NCBI GenBank assembly: GCA_977017645.1
Contig: OZ360230.1
Span: 28,148,001 to 28,212,000, forward strand
From: Torpedo marmorata
Lineage: Eukaryota
Length of the DNA stretch: 64,000 nucleotides
Reading direction: 5' to 3'
Part shown: positions 49,071 to 61,944 of the stretch, one piece after another
Position numbering within the stretch: the stretch's first letter is position 1
Layout of the letters: each line of letters opens with the position of its first letter
Position numbers and translations under genes: made by a program
The notes under the pieces: generated by a model
Seen by the model: the letters and a program-made list of their open reading frames with translations, nothing else
The model's database searches: none
What the model was told of the DNA's origin: nothing

Positions 49071-49414
49071 AGTCAAGTCAAGTCACGTTTATTGTCATCT
49101 GATTGTACAAGTACAACCCAACGGAACAGCGTTCTCCAGTCCTCGATGCAAAACAGGCAGACACACAACCAGACATAACACACATACAGACAAATAATAC
49201 ATATGCAGGACAAGTATTTTATCTATAAAAATAAATAAATAAATATTGTTTTAAACAAATGAGAGTCTTGGATGGTTAGTGTGAGCAGTTCCTTTGGTCG
49301 TTCAGCATTCTCACTGCCTGTGGGAAGAAGCTGTTCCTCAGCTCTGATACTCCTGAATCTCTTCCCCGACGGGAGCAGCTGAAAGATGTTGTGTGCAGGG
49401 TGGAAGGGGTCCTT
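49071..49414 (-). mobile_element. 3' end of a Rex1 family B copy, split by the L1 insertion
   Basis: (AGTCA)n tail and 3' UTR. It continues at 52075 across the duplication GTGGAAGGGGTCCTT. Confidence 0.85.
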
Positions 49415-49692
49415 TTTTTTTATTTTTAAAATATTTTATTTAAAATTTAAAATCACACGATAATACATGTTTATAAAATACAAAATTATCAAAATACATG
49501 TGATATATTTTCACCCTCCCCTCCCTCCCTTCCCCCTTCCTAACCCACCCACCCCCTCTACTCTACTAAAAAAAGAAAGAAAAGAAAGAAAAAAGAATAG
49601 AGTGTGGAGAATGTCATTCTAAAAGATACAACTATAAATTAATTTTATTGTGGAACACAGGTTCGCCAGTCAGACCCGATATCAAGAGATCT

Positions 49693-50748
49693 TCAAATCC
49701 TTAAACCCACAGTTTTTGTATATGGGCTCCATATCTTCAAAAATAAATGATATTTATTACGTAAATTATAAGTAATTTTTTCAAGTGGTATGCATGAACG
49801 AAATTCTGCATGCCATCTTTCTAACCCTAAATCTACATCAGATTTCCATGTAATAGCAATGCATTTCTTTGAAACAGCTAAAGCAATTCGCAAAAATTCT
49901 ATTTGGTACATATTTAATCTCATTTTAATACTAATTGTTTTAATATCTCCAAACAAAAATATCATAGGATCCATTGGGAGTGTAATTTTCAATACTTTAT
50001 CTAAAAACTTTTTAACTTTCAACCAAAAATCATATATCTTTGGACAAAACCACGTAGAATGTACAAAAGAACCTTCCTCTTTATTACATCTGAAACATAA
50101 ACCTGATAATGTTGGATTACATTTTTTTAGTTTCTTAGGAGTTAAATATAACTGATGCAAAAAATTATATTGCACTAACCTATATCTAACGTTAATAATC
50201 TTCGTCATACTTTGTTTACATATTTCTTTCCAATGTTCCTCATCTATTGTTACATTCAGATCTAATTCCCATTTTAATCTTGATTTATGAATTACTGGTT
50301 TAGGCATTTTTTTCTGTAACAATCTATACATTTGAGAAATAAATTTATTTATAACCCCATTAATATCTAGTAACTCCAATTCACTTTGTCTTGGTAAGAT
50401 TAAACTATGCCCTAACTTTTCAACCAAAAATGCTCTTATTTGATAATAAGAAAAGAGTGTATTATTTAATACATTAAACTTCTCTTTCATTCTTTGAAAA
50501 GTGATAAATTTACCAGCTTCTAATATAGCAACTCCTTTTGCTTTAGAATTAAATGAAGACGCGACCACTTGACCAACCCATTCTCTTTTCAACTTCTGAT
50601 ATTCTATATCTGTCAAATGTGTCTCTTGTAAAAAAGCTATATCAACTTTTAACTTTTTAATATATGCCAGAGTTTTCTTCCTTTTAATCGGATTATTTAG
50701 CCCATTTATATTAATACTTACAACATTTATTGATTTACTATCCGCCAT
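49693..50748 (-). pseudogene. L1 ORF2 in-frame fusion: endonuclease N-terminus (76 aa) joined to the C-terminal Cys-rich region
   Basis: SININGLNNPIKRKK...IAFLQETHL...GVAIL|EAGK...CFRCNKEEGSFVHSTWFC...KIWSPY. There is no RT motif. Junction at about 50520/50521. Confidence 0.8.
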
Positions 50749-51033
50749 TACTAATATTTAATAACTTCCTCCTTATCAGACCAACTGGTTCCCCCTTCCA
50801 CATTTGGAATATATTTGACATCTCCTTAAAAAAGAAAGAAAGAAAAAAAAATAAAGAAAAAATAAAAAGCTAAAAAACCCACTATATAATACTGGTATAT
50901 TTACACCAATACTACCACCCTCTATTGTTCGGGAAGTGGCCCTCGCCACTAAGGTGATGTGTGGTTAGGTATGGAGAAGACAAAAAGTCCACCCCCCCCA
51001 AACAGATTTTACGTAACATTTGTAATCGATTCT

Positions 51034-51939
51034 TCATCCCAATCCAGCATCTTCCAGTTCTCTGTTAACTTGATCATTACCCAATTCGGCCAAATCATCT
51101 CGTCCTGAAGCTATTTGAAGTTTCTCTGTTAAGTGTAGCAAGTCCTGAACTGGTATAGTAGCTTGAAATTGCCCAGACAGATCTTGATCTTCCTTTAAAT
51201 TTAGAAGTGAATTAGCATATTTCAAAGCTTCTTGATAATCAGCAAAAAAAACAGACTGATTCTCTCGAGACTGTACTTTCAATATCGCAGGATATCTAAA
51301 TGAAAATTTATATCCTTTGTTCCAAAAAATTGCTTTGGTTGGTTAAACTCTTTTCATTTTTTAATTATTGCTGCACTTAAATCAGCATAAAAAAACACCC
51401 TATTTTTATTAATCATCAATGGACCTTGTTTCTTTCTAGCATTTTGAACAGCTAATCTCAGTATCTTCTCTTTATCCTGGTAACGAAGGCATCTAATTAA
51501 CACTGAGTGTGGCATTTGTCCAGGATATGGTTTCTTTCTGTTATCTCTATGAGCTCTATCTAATTCAAGTCCATTTGGGAAGTTTTCATAACCCAAAATC
51601 TTTGGAATCCAATTTTGAAAAAATTCGGTTGAGTTTATCTCTTCATAACCTTCTGGCAATCCTACAATCTTGACATTGTTTCTCCGGCTTTGATTCTCCA
51701 ATGTATCTATTTTTTGTAAAAGTTCATTTCTTTGTTGTTCCACTGTATCTTTGCAGTCCACCATCTCTTCACGACATTCTTTAACCTCGTTTTCAACTTT
51801 CTGGACTTTCAATGTTACTTTATCCACAGCAGTTGCACACTTTTTCAATCGCTAAGGTAGGCCGATCTTCCTCTTGAATTAAACTTTCTTTAAACACTGT
51901 TTTCTTTAACTTTTGCTCCTTCCCTTTTCTTATAGTCAT
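51034..51939 (-). pseudogene. L1 ORF1 (frameshifted)
   Basis: ATG at 51939 is out of frame with ORF 51354-51848 (coiled coil + RRM: RRNNVKIVGLPE, LELDRAHR). The C-terminal part is in ORF 51034-51282. Confidence 0.8.
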
Positions 51940-52074
51940 TCTTTAATCATTAACAAACAATCTTAACTCTTTTTTTAATAACCAGATAAAGTTTTATTAC
52001 AGTTTTTGATTAGTTCTGTAGGGAGAGGTGTATTTCCACGTCTCCAACTACGCCATCATGCCACGCCCCCCCCA

Positions 52075-53890
52075 GTGGAAGGGGTCCTTGATGATTTTGC
52101 GTGCCCTCTTCAGACAACGATCCCGGTGGATCACGTCGATGGGGAGGAGGGAGACTCCAGTAATCCTCTCTGCCACATTTATGGTCCTGTGGATTGACGT
52201 CTGATCCATTTCTCTGCATCAACTGTGATGCAGCCAGCCAAGACACTCTCGATAGAGCTCCTATAGAAGGTTGACATAGTGGTGGCCGGTAGCCTTGCTC
52301 GTTTCAGTCTTCTTAGTAAGTGCAGTTGCTGTTGCGCCTTCCTGACAAGTGAGGAGATGTTGTGTGTCCATGATAGGTCACTAGTTAAGTGAACTCCAAG
52401 GAACTTGGTGCTCTCCACTCTCTCCACTACAGAGTTGTTGATGTGAAGTGGAGGGTGGCCATTCCTGGTCCTCCTGAAGTCCAAGATAATCTCCTTCATC
52501 TTGTTCACGTTGAGACTTAGGTTCTTACCTTTGCACTATTTCACAAGATTTTCCACCTCTTCTCTGTAGTATGACTCATTGTTGTTGCTGATGAGGCCAA
52601 CTACTGTTTTGTATCATCTTCAAACTTGATGACACTGTTGGAGTTGGATCTGGCGATGCAGTCCTGGGTCAGTAGCGTGAACAGGACAACCCTGAGGTGT
52701 GCCAGTGCTTAGCGTGATGGTGCTCAATATTCTGCTACCGACCCAGACAGACTGGTCTTTCCGTTAGGAAGTCCAGAATCCAATTACAAAGAGGAGTGTT
52801 GAGTACCAGCGAGGACATCTTCTCCACCAGCCTCTGGGGAATGATCGTATTAAACACTGAGCTGAAGTCAATGAACAGCAGCCTGGCGTATGAGGCATTG
52901 TTCTCCAGGTGGGCCAGGTCGGAGTGAAGCGACAAGGCTATAGCATCGTCTGTGGAACAGTTTCTTCTATAGGTGAATTGAAATGAATCCAGCGTCTCTG
53001 GGAGGTTTGCTTTGATGTTTTCCATCACCAGACGCTCGAAGCATTTCATAATGGTGGAGGTCAGTGCCATAGGGCGGTAGTCATTGAGGCCTGTTATTGT
53101 CTCCGTCTTGGGTACCGGGATGATGGTGGCTGTCTTGAACCCTGTGGGAACGATGGACTGCTGCAGTAAGGTGTTGAAGATGTCCGTGAAGACCTCCGTT
53201 AATTGGTATGTGCAGTCCTTCAGTACCTGACCAGGTATGTTGTCTGGTCCCGCCGCCTTGTGTGGGTTCACCTTAGATAGGGTTCTCCTCACTCAGTCGC
53301 GGCTATGCAGGGAGCCAGTTCATCATTGGCATCATCCTGTTCTTCTCATCAAACCATTTATAGAAGGTGTTCAGTCTGTCCGGAAGGGAGGCGTCATTGT
53401 CCTTAATTCGCAAGGTTGACTTGTGATCCGTAATAGTCTTGATCCCTTGCCACATGCGCCTCGTGTCGCCGGTGTCGCACAGCTGTCTGTGGATCTTCTG
53501 TGCGTACCCACGCTTTGCCTTCCGGATTGCACGGGAGAGTTCAGCCCTGGCTGATCTTAGTGCCATCTACACCCTGTCCTGAAGGCAGCATCCCGAGCTC
53601 TGAGAAGGGCCCTGACCTCTGCATTCAACCATGGTTTCTGGTTAGCCCTGGTTGTGAAGCATTTGATCTCGGTGACATCCTCAATGCACTTGCTGATGTA
53701 GCCAGTCACTGAACTCGTGTACTCCTCTATGTTTACATGACCGTTATAGGTGGCCGCCTCCCTGAAACAGCTCCAGTCCGTGGTCTCAAAGCAGATTTGC
53801 AGCACTGCTGTGGCACCCTCCGCCACGTCCTGATCTCCCTGCGAACTGACCTAGTTTGGTTTGCCATCGGTCTGTATGCCGGTAGGTACA
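52075..53890 (-). mobile_element. Rex1-clade LINE body (family B), decayed
   Basis: ORFs 52179-53826 contain [55 protein letters not shown]. Confidence 0.9.
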
Positions 53891-53961
53891 GGTTCACTGA
53901 TTATGTGCACCAAGGAATACACAGGTGTGTCACAGTGATAGTTACTGGCTACTGATTGTCA

Positions 53962-54095
53962 GATATATATTAACAATTTGATGAGAATGTAGGTGGCATC
54001 ATTAGTAAATTTGCAGATGACACAACAATTGGTGATGTCTTGGACAATAAAGAAGGTTATCTGAGGTTACAACAGAATCTAGAACTGGGAAAGTC
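53962..54095 (+). mobile_element. CR1 RT fragment
   Basis: attagtaaatttgcagatgacacaacaattggtg encodes ISKFADDTTIG. Confidence 0.65.
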
Positions 54096-54349
54096 CTGCA
54101 GGGAAAATGATAACACCTTTCAATGAGTCTCATGTAGTTCAATGGCTCCAGTGGGACCAGATCCCAGTCTAGAAGAAGGAGTCAATTTCCTTTGATTTCT
54201 TTTCAAAAATTATTTGGCTATTGGGAAGATCAACTGAAATACAACAATCATAATGAACTGCCCCAAAACGTACATATCATCTGGGCTTCCCAACATAAAA
54301 GCTATTAAAATGAAATCACCTACACCAGGTACATAATACTGTGACTATG

Positions 54350-55115
54350 AGGATGTCAGAAGCTAGATGTCTTCTGGAAAGTGACTCATCTCCTGACACT
54401 CCAATGTCAGGATTGCGATCGATTGCTCTCCTATTGCTTGGATGAGTGCAGCTTCAACAACTCTAAAGAAAATCGTCAAAACAGGTCAAAGAGCTGGGTC
54501 ACTTGTTTGGCACCTAATCAACCACATTAAACATTCATTCCCTCCACCATTAGAACACTGTGGCTGTGGTGTGTACCATTGATAAAATGCCTCAGAATTA
54601 CTCTCCTGGGCTACCTCAATAGGATGGCCCAAATTCATAACCTCTACCACTTAGATGTGGACACTCGGTGCATGGACACCCTCCATCATTCACCATCTTG
54701 GGAAAATATATTGCCAATTTTTCAATTGCCTTTGTGTCAACATCCTACAACCCTAACTCCAACAGCACTGTGGAAGGACCTTCATCAGGGCTGCAGGTCA
54801 ATTAGGCATCAGCAATAAAGTTTGGCCTTTCCTGCAACACCCAGATTTAAAAAAAAAAAAAGAATATGTTTTTTAAAAAAAATCATCTCTTGGATAGTCA
54901 TGAACCTTTGGAAATTCCTCCTTTGGAGAGACGTAAAAGCTAAATGATTGGTTATATTCAGCATCAAGTTAGGATGATTTTCAGCCTGGAGAGCAATCAA
55001 GGATTGTGGAGAACAAAGTGGAACTGAGGCCAAGATCAGATCAGCCCTGCTCTTTCAAAAAAAAAGCAGAGCAGTCTGAAGGCACAATATGACCTACTCT
55101 TCCTAATACCTTATT
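54350..55115 (+). mobile_element. Decayed LINE (L2/CR1-like) 3' fragments
   Basis: cttggatgagtgcagcttcaacaactc...aacattcattccctccacc; then gaggccaagatcagatcagcc...tgacctactcttcctaatacctta. Confidence 0.5.
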
Positions 55116-56220
55116 TTTCTGGGATAAGGGAACCCCATCATCACCATGTTAGAAATCCAGCCAGTTAGACCAGAGGTCCTTCTAATCAAATTTGTTGGAT
55201 GGGTCCTTCCAGCTAGACAATTTTAGGGGGGAGGGAGTAAGTCCTTCCAATCAGAGCTCATCTGATCTTCTTCTTTCAGAAGTTCTCCTTCTGTTCCTAA
55301 TTGGGAGATGTAATTTCTACTAATGCGAGGTAATATTATCTAATAATACCCAACAGCAAAAGCAATCTTGGCATCAGTGCTTGCAGAAATTCACTTCAAA
55401 TTTCCCAATCCTTCTCTCCTTCTAATTCCCCACAAACCTGCACTCGATTGATGATTTCAATGAATAGTAGAGGTGTAAGTGTTGTTGTGCTGTTTGAATT
55501 CGTTTTCCTTATGCATCTGGAATGTTAATTGCCTATCTGTGTTATAGCTAATGGCAACAGTCTAAAGGACATTGCCCGTGGATTGCCTGTAGACTTTATG
55601 TGCTTCATGCATGAGGGAAAAGCAATCAAACAGAGGCTGCACTGAGAGCTCTACAGGCTGGAAGTTCCAAATTCCAATCACATTTTTAAATAATTTGAGC
55701 AGGGTGGAAGTCGGACCCTTGCGCACCCTCCAATGCAACTCTTTTACTGATGTACCTGTCTCTACTAGCTGATTATATTCACTTGTGAGTCATCCGTTTA
55801 AAATGTTCTCTCTCAGATCCATAGAAATGTGATAATCTGCACTGATCGATGTGGGATCACTGACACTGCACCTATGGAAGTGGAGGTGATCATGGTTCTA
55901 ACCCCCACACCTCTCCCATTATGTTGAGAAGCTAAAAAAATTCCCACTAATTTTCTTAACTAAAAATGAAGTGTGAGTAGTAAAAAAAACTTCATAAAAC
56001 AGGGAAATTCAGTCTGCCCCAAAGCAGAAATATCAAGCTGTATTCAAGCACGAATTTCATAGTCTGAACTTTGCAGAAATATTTTTGACATTTATTGGAT
56101 CAACAGGAATTGTGTAATTGTAATACCTGAGCCATCTGTGAGTTTCAGCTTGTTTGTACCTGCTTTATTTTTAGAATGAAACATTACTAAAGAAGTGAAA
56201 CTGTTGTAAAATTGTGAAGA

Positions 56221-56440
56221 TTTACAGCGCCAGCGATCGGGACTGGACCTGGGTTCGAATCCCGCGCTGTCTGTAAGGAGTTTGTACGTTCTCCCTCTGT
56301 CTGCGTGGGTTTTCTCCTGGGACTCCGGTTTCCTCCCACCCTTCAAAAACGTGAAGGTTAATGGGGTGTAAATTGGGTGGCACAGACTCGTAGGGCCGAA
56401 TTGGCCTGTGACAGTGCTGTATGTCTACATTTTTTTTAAA
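56221..56440 (+). mobile_element. tRNA-derived SINE (HE1/V-SINE-like), 5'-truncated
   Basis: B-box GGTTCGAATCC, core gtttgtacgttctccc...ctccggtttcctcccac, and CR1-like tail gggccgaattggcctgt...gtgctgtatgtct. Confidence 0.8.
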
Positions 56441-58594
56441 AATTAAGAGTTGTACAATTTTTCAAACATTTCATTATTCACCATGTCTTTGTCAACACAA
56501 CCCTACTGGAACACAGATCTGATCAGTTAACAGAAGCATTACAGTTTAACTTTCAGAGGGGAAACGGACTTTTTGCCTTTTAGAATTAACATTGATGATT
56601 GGTCTAATGCAAAAACTTACATTCTTCAGGTTGATTAGAAAATGGCCTTAAATGTGAAGGATGACTCAACCCATTCATTCAACAACCTGTCAATTTAATA
56701 TTTTTAGTAATAACAACACCAATTGGTGATCCAAAAGCTGTTTGATGGATTGAAAGAATGCAGTGAAGGTTACTTAAACTTTCCTGCAATGTTAATACAG
56801 AGATTTTTACAGTGTTGTTAATGAGTACAGTATTGCAATATATTAAATACATTCATGTTGTAAAGGAACTCACTCAATATCACTAACACTGAACAACAAA
56901 TTTTTTCAAAAGGTTTGCTTCCTGAAAACATAATGGGGATTATGATAGACAACTTCAAGCTAAACACAAAGATAATTTCAGATTTGCTGTATCACGTAGT
57001 AAGTTGGAGAAACATTAAATTAACTTTTATTGAATTTAGCATGTTTAATCGCATAATGATGCTGACACATTGTGTTAGTTCAACTGACCTAAAAATGTTT
57101 TGCTGCTGATTTTCGTTTGTATTCAGCATCTGATGCCTCTCAGGTCAATGTCCAACAGTAGTTGGCCAGCATTGATGGATTCCAGTTGCCCTGATACTGC
57201 TTTTCCATGGTTGGAATGTCCTAGTGAAACCTTTCACCATGGAAGTTATGGTGATCAATCAAAATTTGATACTAATGTGTGATCTTGGTGGAGTTGACAA
57301 TTTTTGATGGAATCATTATAACCCTCTTGAATTGTTCCTGATTCCCTGAAATAATTTCTGGTGTTATTTGGATGACCAGAAAATATAACTGAACAATAAA
57401 GCATCAGGTCAGATGGGGAAGGAAGAGTAAATTTAAAATTCTTTGTGCCAGCCAAAAAAATAAAACTTACTTTCTTGACTTGCAACAAGATGGATCAAGG
57501 CAGCGATGTCTGGTCAAAGTGGAACAATGAAAATAATTCCCAATAACCTAACATTTAATTCCAACCAAACAAGCTTTTGATTGGAGGAAATCACAATCCA
57601 TGAAACCAAAGAATTCTGCAGTAAACATCTACTAGACACTGATCCATCAGCATATGATTTGGATTGCTGCCCACGCTCATACCCTGCACTATTCTCATAG
57701 GTACACAATTTCTGTGCTCTCCGGTCCAATTGTCCTCATGGCTGAGCCATCGTTACTGATCCACAGAGAGTAATAGTTGGCAAGTGATGACCAAGTCTCA
57801 AGCAATGGATCCTGAGGCCTCCATCAGACCACCAGGATACCTTTTGTTGTGAGAGGCCTTTGAACAAATTTTAAGTCTCTGATGTCTGATATACTGAGTC
57901 ATATAAAAACTGCTCAAATACATTTGCATATTTAAAATATATATTTTAAAAACTTATCTCATTGACCAAAGATTCGGTCAAGTTCTAATATCTCCTGCTA
58001 TTGTAGTTTGGTGTCAAAATTGTAGTGCACCACCACTCAAGGGATGTGCAATAAATGCTGGTCCAACTGACAACAGCTAGATCTGCAAAAGTGAAGTTTT
58101 AAAAACTGAAGATTTGATGTTGCACAGAGGTGTGCTCATGAATGCTTCATGCAACATTAGAGGACTGAAAAATTATACTTCTTTGAAATATCATTAAAAT
58201 GATCTGTTACTTGCCTGCCTGGAACATCTGTGACAATTGACTAGCAAGGGGCTTTTAACATGTATGGAATGGCTGACATTGAGAAATGGAAGCTGGACAT
58301 ATCAAGGATTGCTTATGCTTATCACCACACACCTGCTGTCTATTAATGGATCTAAACTTGAGCTTCCTGCAGCCAATCATTTTAACTCCCCCAACCATTC
58401 CTCCAATGATGGAGGATAATTCAGGTATCTTAGGAAGCAATGTGAACTGTGACATTGACACTGCATCCATCCTTTATCTTTTTCCTCCCCCTCCTCTTGT
58501 TATTCAAGTAAAGACACAATGTTATCTCAACCTCTATGTCCGTACCTTGGTACTGTGCAATGTTATGGCAAGAACAGCAGACCACAACTATACT

Positions 58595-59345
58595 TCAGAA
58601 TCAGAATCAGAATTTATTGTCATGAACAAGTCATGAAATTCGGTGTTTTGCGGCAGCATCATAGTGCAAACATTCATATTAACCATCTTACGACATTACT
58701 ATTAAAAAAAAATATAAACAATAGTGCACGAAAAGTAAGGCAGTGTCTTTGATTCATTGAATATTCAGGAATCTGATGGCAGCGGGGAAGAAGCTGTCCT
58801 TGTGCCGTTGAGTGCTCGTCTTTAGGCTCCATTACCTTTTTCCCGATTAAAGCAGAGTGAAGAGGGCATAGCCTGGGTGGTGGGGGTCTTTGAGGATAGA
58901 GGCTGCTTTTTTAAGACACCGCCTCATGTAGATGTCCTCGATGGAGTGAAGTTTGGTGCCTGTGATGTCACAGGCCGAGTTAACAACCCTCTGGAGTTTA
59001 CTCTTGTCCTAGGAGTTGGCGCCTCCATACCAGGCAGTGATGCAACCAGCCAGAATGCTCTCCACGGTACACCTGTAGAAGTTTACGAGAGTCTTTGGTG
59101 TCATACCGAATCTCCGCAGACACCTCACAAAGTATAGCCGCTGACGAGCCTTCTTTGTGATTGCTCCAGGACAGATCCTCGGAGATGTTGACACCCAGGA
59201 ATTTGAAGTTCTTGACCCTCTCCACGACTGAGTCCTCGATGAGGACTGGGTCGTGTTCCCCTGACTTCCTCCTGAAGTCCACAATCATCTCCTTGGTTTT
59301 GCTGACATTGAGCTCGAGGTTGTTGCCATTACACCATTCAACGAC
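58595..59345 (-). mobile_element. Rex1 family A 3' fragment (inverted relative to its neighbour)
   Basis: Reverse complement of about 60310-61073, with (TCAGAA)n tail at 58595. Confidence 0.9.
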
Positions 59346-59494
59346 TTGAATGGCATTAAAGCTTTCTGAGCTCCAGAAGAGCATTTTCAGCACTTTTTAG
59401 TTACAATATCAATTCATGTGGTAATGGCTTTGGTTGTAAATAATTCTGGGTTTCATTTCTTGGACTCCGCACTGAGGTCATTGGTTATACTACA

Positions 59495-61073
59495 AGAATC
59501 CCTGAAAAGGCTGAGGACCCTGTGATATTTGTCTCTGAGGGCGACGTCAGAACATCATTGAAGAGGGTGAACCCTCGCAAGGCGTCAGGCCCTGACGGCG
59601 TACCTGCCAGGGTACTGAAAGTCTGCACCAACCAACCAGCCGGAGTGTTCACGGACATTCTCAACCTCTCATTGCGGCAGTCAGAGATTCCCACCTGCTT
59701 CAAAAGGGCATCAATCATCCCGGTACCCAAGAAGAGTAGTGTGAGCTGCCTCAACGACTACCGCCCAGTAGCACTAACTTCTACTGTGATGAAATGCTTT
59801 GAGAAGCTGGTCATGGCCAGAATTAACACGTACCTAAGCAAAGATCTGGACCCACTGCAATTTGCCTATCGTCACAATCGCTCCACAGCAGATGCAATAT
59901 CACTGGCTCTCCACTCAGCTCTGCATCACCTCGAAAACAGCAATTCATACATACGGCTGCTCTTCATCGACTACAGCTCGGCCTTCAATACCATTATTCC
60001 CTCAGTGCTGGTCAAGAAGCTACAAACTCTAGGCCTCTGTACCCCCGTCTGCAACTGGATCCTTGACTTTCTCATCGGAAGACCACAGTCAGTATGAATT
60101 GGAAACAACGTCTCGTCCTCACTGATTATCAACACAGGCGCACCCCAAGGATGCGTGCTTCGCCCACTGTTCTACTCGTTATACACCCATGACTGTGTGG
60201 CCAGGCACAATTCCAATGCCATCTACAAGTTTGCTGATGACACCACAGTTGTCGGCAGAATCACAAACGGCAATGAGGAAGCGTACAAGAGGGAGATAGC
60301 TCAGCTCATTGACTGGTGTAACAACAACAACCTTGCGCTCAACGTCAGCAAAACCAAGGAGATGATTGTGGACTTCAGGAGGAAGTCAGGGGAACATGAC
60401 CAAGTCCTCATCGAGGGCTCAGTAGTGGAGAGGGTCAAGAACTTCAAATTTCTGGGTGTTAACATCTCCGAGGATCTGTCCTGGAGCCTCCACGTTGATG
60501 CAATCACAAAGAAGGCTCGCCAGTGGCTATACTTTGTGAGGTGTCTGAGGAGATTCGGTATGTCACCGAAGACTCTCGTAAACTTCTACAGGTGTACCGT
60601 GGAGAGTATTCTGGCTGGTTGCATCACTGCCTGGTATGGAGGCGCCAACTCTCAGGACAAGAATAAACTCCAGAGGGTTGTTAACTCGGCCTGTGACATC
60701 ACAGGCACCAGACTTCACTCCATCGAGGACATCTACACGAGGCGGTGTCTTAAAAAAGCAGCCTCTGAACTCAAAGACTCCCACCACCCAGGCCATGCCC
60801 TCTTCACTCTGCTACCATCAGGAAAAAGGTACAGGAGCCTAAAGTCGAGCACTCAACGGCACAAGGACAGCTTCTTCCCCGCTGCCATCAGATTCCTGAA
60901 TAATCAATGAACCAAAGACACTGACTTACTTTTCGTGCACTATTATTTATATTTTTTATAGTAATGTCATAAGATGGTTATAATATGAATGTTTGCACTA
61001 TGATGCTGCCGCAAAACACCGAATTTCATGACTTATTCATGACAATAAATTCTGATTCTGATTCTGATTCTGA
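59495..61073 (+). mobile_element. Rex1 family A LINE, 5'-truncated young copy with RT
   Basis: ORFs 59522-60097 and 60155-60910 are in one frame, broken by a single TGA. 3' UTR with AATAAA and (TTCTGA)n tail. Confidence 0.92.
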
Positions 61074-61089
61074 TATTTTCAAGTATGAA

Positions 61090-61435
61090 CAGGCCTGGAT
61101 TAACCATTAAGCAAAATAAGCACGTGCTTAGGGCACCAAGGGAAAGGTGGCACCACAGAGTTTTTTTTACAGTGCCGGATTTACCATGGTGCAGCTGAAC
61201 TAGTGCCCCACAAAAAGGGGGCCCCCACAATAAATGAAAAAAAACATATATATATACAGGTTATATTTAATATAGTTGTGGGGTCTGGCCTGGAAGAAAA
61301 CGGAATTTTTAATGTATTATTTCACATTCAACGCTTATTGAGTCTTAATGTCTTGTCAGTTAGACAATGGATGGGTCGAGGGGGAACCACTGTTGGGCTG
61401 TGCTTAGGGCATCAGTTGGCCTTAATCTGGCCCTG
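61090..61435. mobile_element. hAT-type MITE
   Basis: TIRs CAGGCCTGGATTAA / TTAATCTGGCCCTG; 8-bp TSD AGTATGAA / AGTATGCA. Confidence 0.7.
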
Positions 61436-61674
61436 AGTATGCATTCATGTAACCAGCTTCTAAATATGTTAGAAAACATTGATACATTGAGGAAAGCCGA
61501 CTTGCAAAGTCATGAAGAAATCCTTGCAGCACTGAAGTCTTGTGTGCCTCTGGAGAAAGTTCCAGCAGGCAACAGGTCTTTCTTCAACATTTTGCAAAGG
61601 CCTGCCACCATCCTCTGTGATTTCCTGAGCCTCCTCACGAAACTGCTGACTAACTTCTGACTCGCTGTTCTACC

Positions 61675-61944
61675 TTCTCATAGAACAGTAAAGCACAGAT
61701 ACAGGCCCTCTGGCCTATGATGTTTGTGGGGACCATGATGACAATTTAAACTCATCACATCTGTCTGCACGTGGCCTATATCTATCCATCTCATGCCTGT
61801 TCATGTGCCTGTCTAAATGATTCTTAAATGTTGCTATTGTATCTGCTTCTTCCATCTTCCCTGGCAACACGTTCCAAGCACCTACCAGTCTCTGTATAAA
61901 AATATCTGCCTCTCAAACCTCCTTCAAACTTTACCTCTCTCACT
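61675..61944 (-). mobile_element. CR1 3' fragment
   Basis: catagaacagtaaagcacagatacaggccctctggcc... CR1-like tail. Confidence 0.65.

Larger units (their letters stand above)
49415..52074 (-). mobile_element. L1-clade element, 5'-complete but internally deleted (no RT), with 15-bp TSD
   Basis: 5' end GGGGGGGGCGTGGCATGATGGCG, ORF1 remnants (LENQSRRNNVKIVGLPEG), fused ORF2, A-rich tail, TSD at 49400-49414 and 52075-52089. Confidence 0.9.

Noticed and set aside
55641-55650. ACTGAGAGCT, resembling the other half of the recalled N3 core
   Set aside because: 10-nt match without the adjoining Sox site; expected by chance.
56250-56265. tRNA gene (GGTTCGAATCC)
   Set aside because: It is the B-box of a SINE; there is no cloverleaf.
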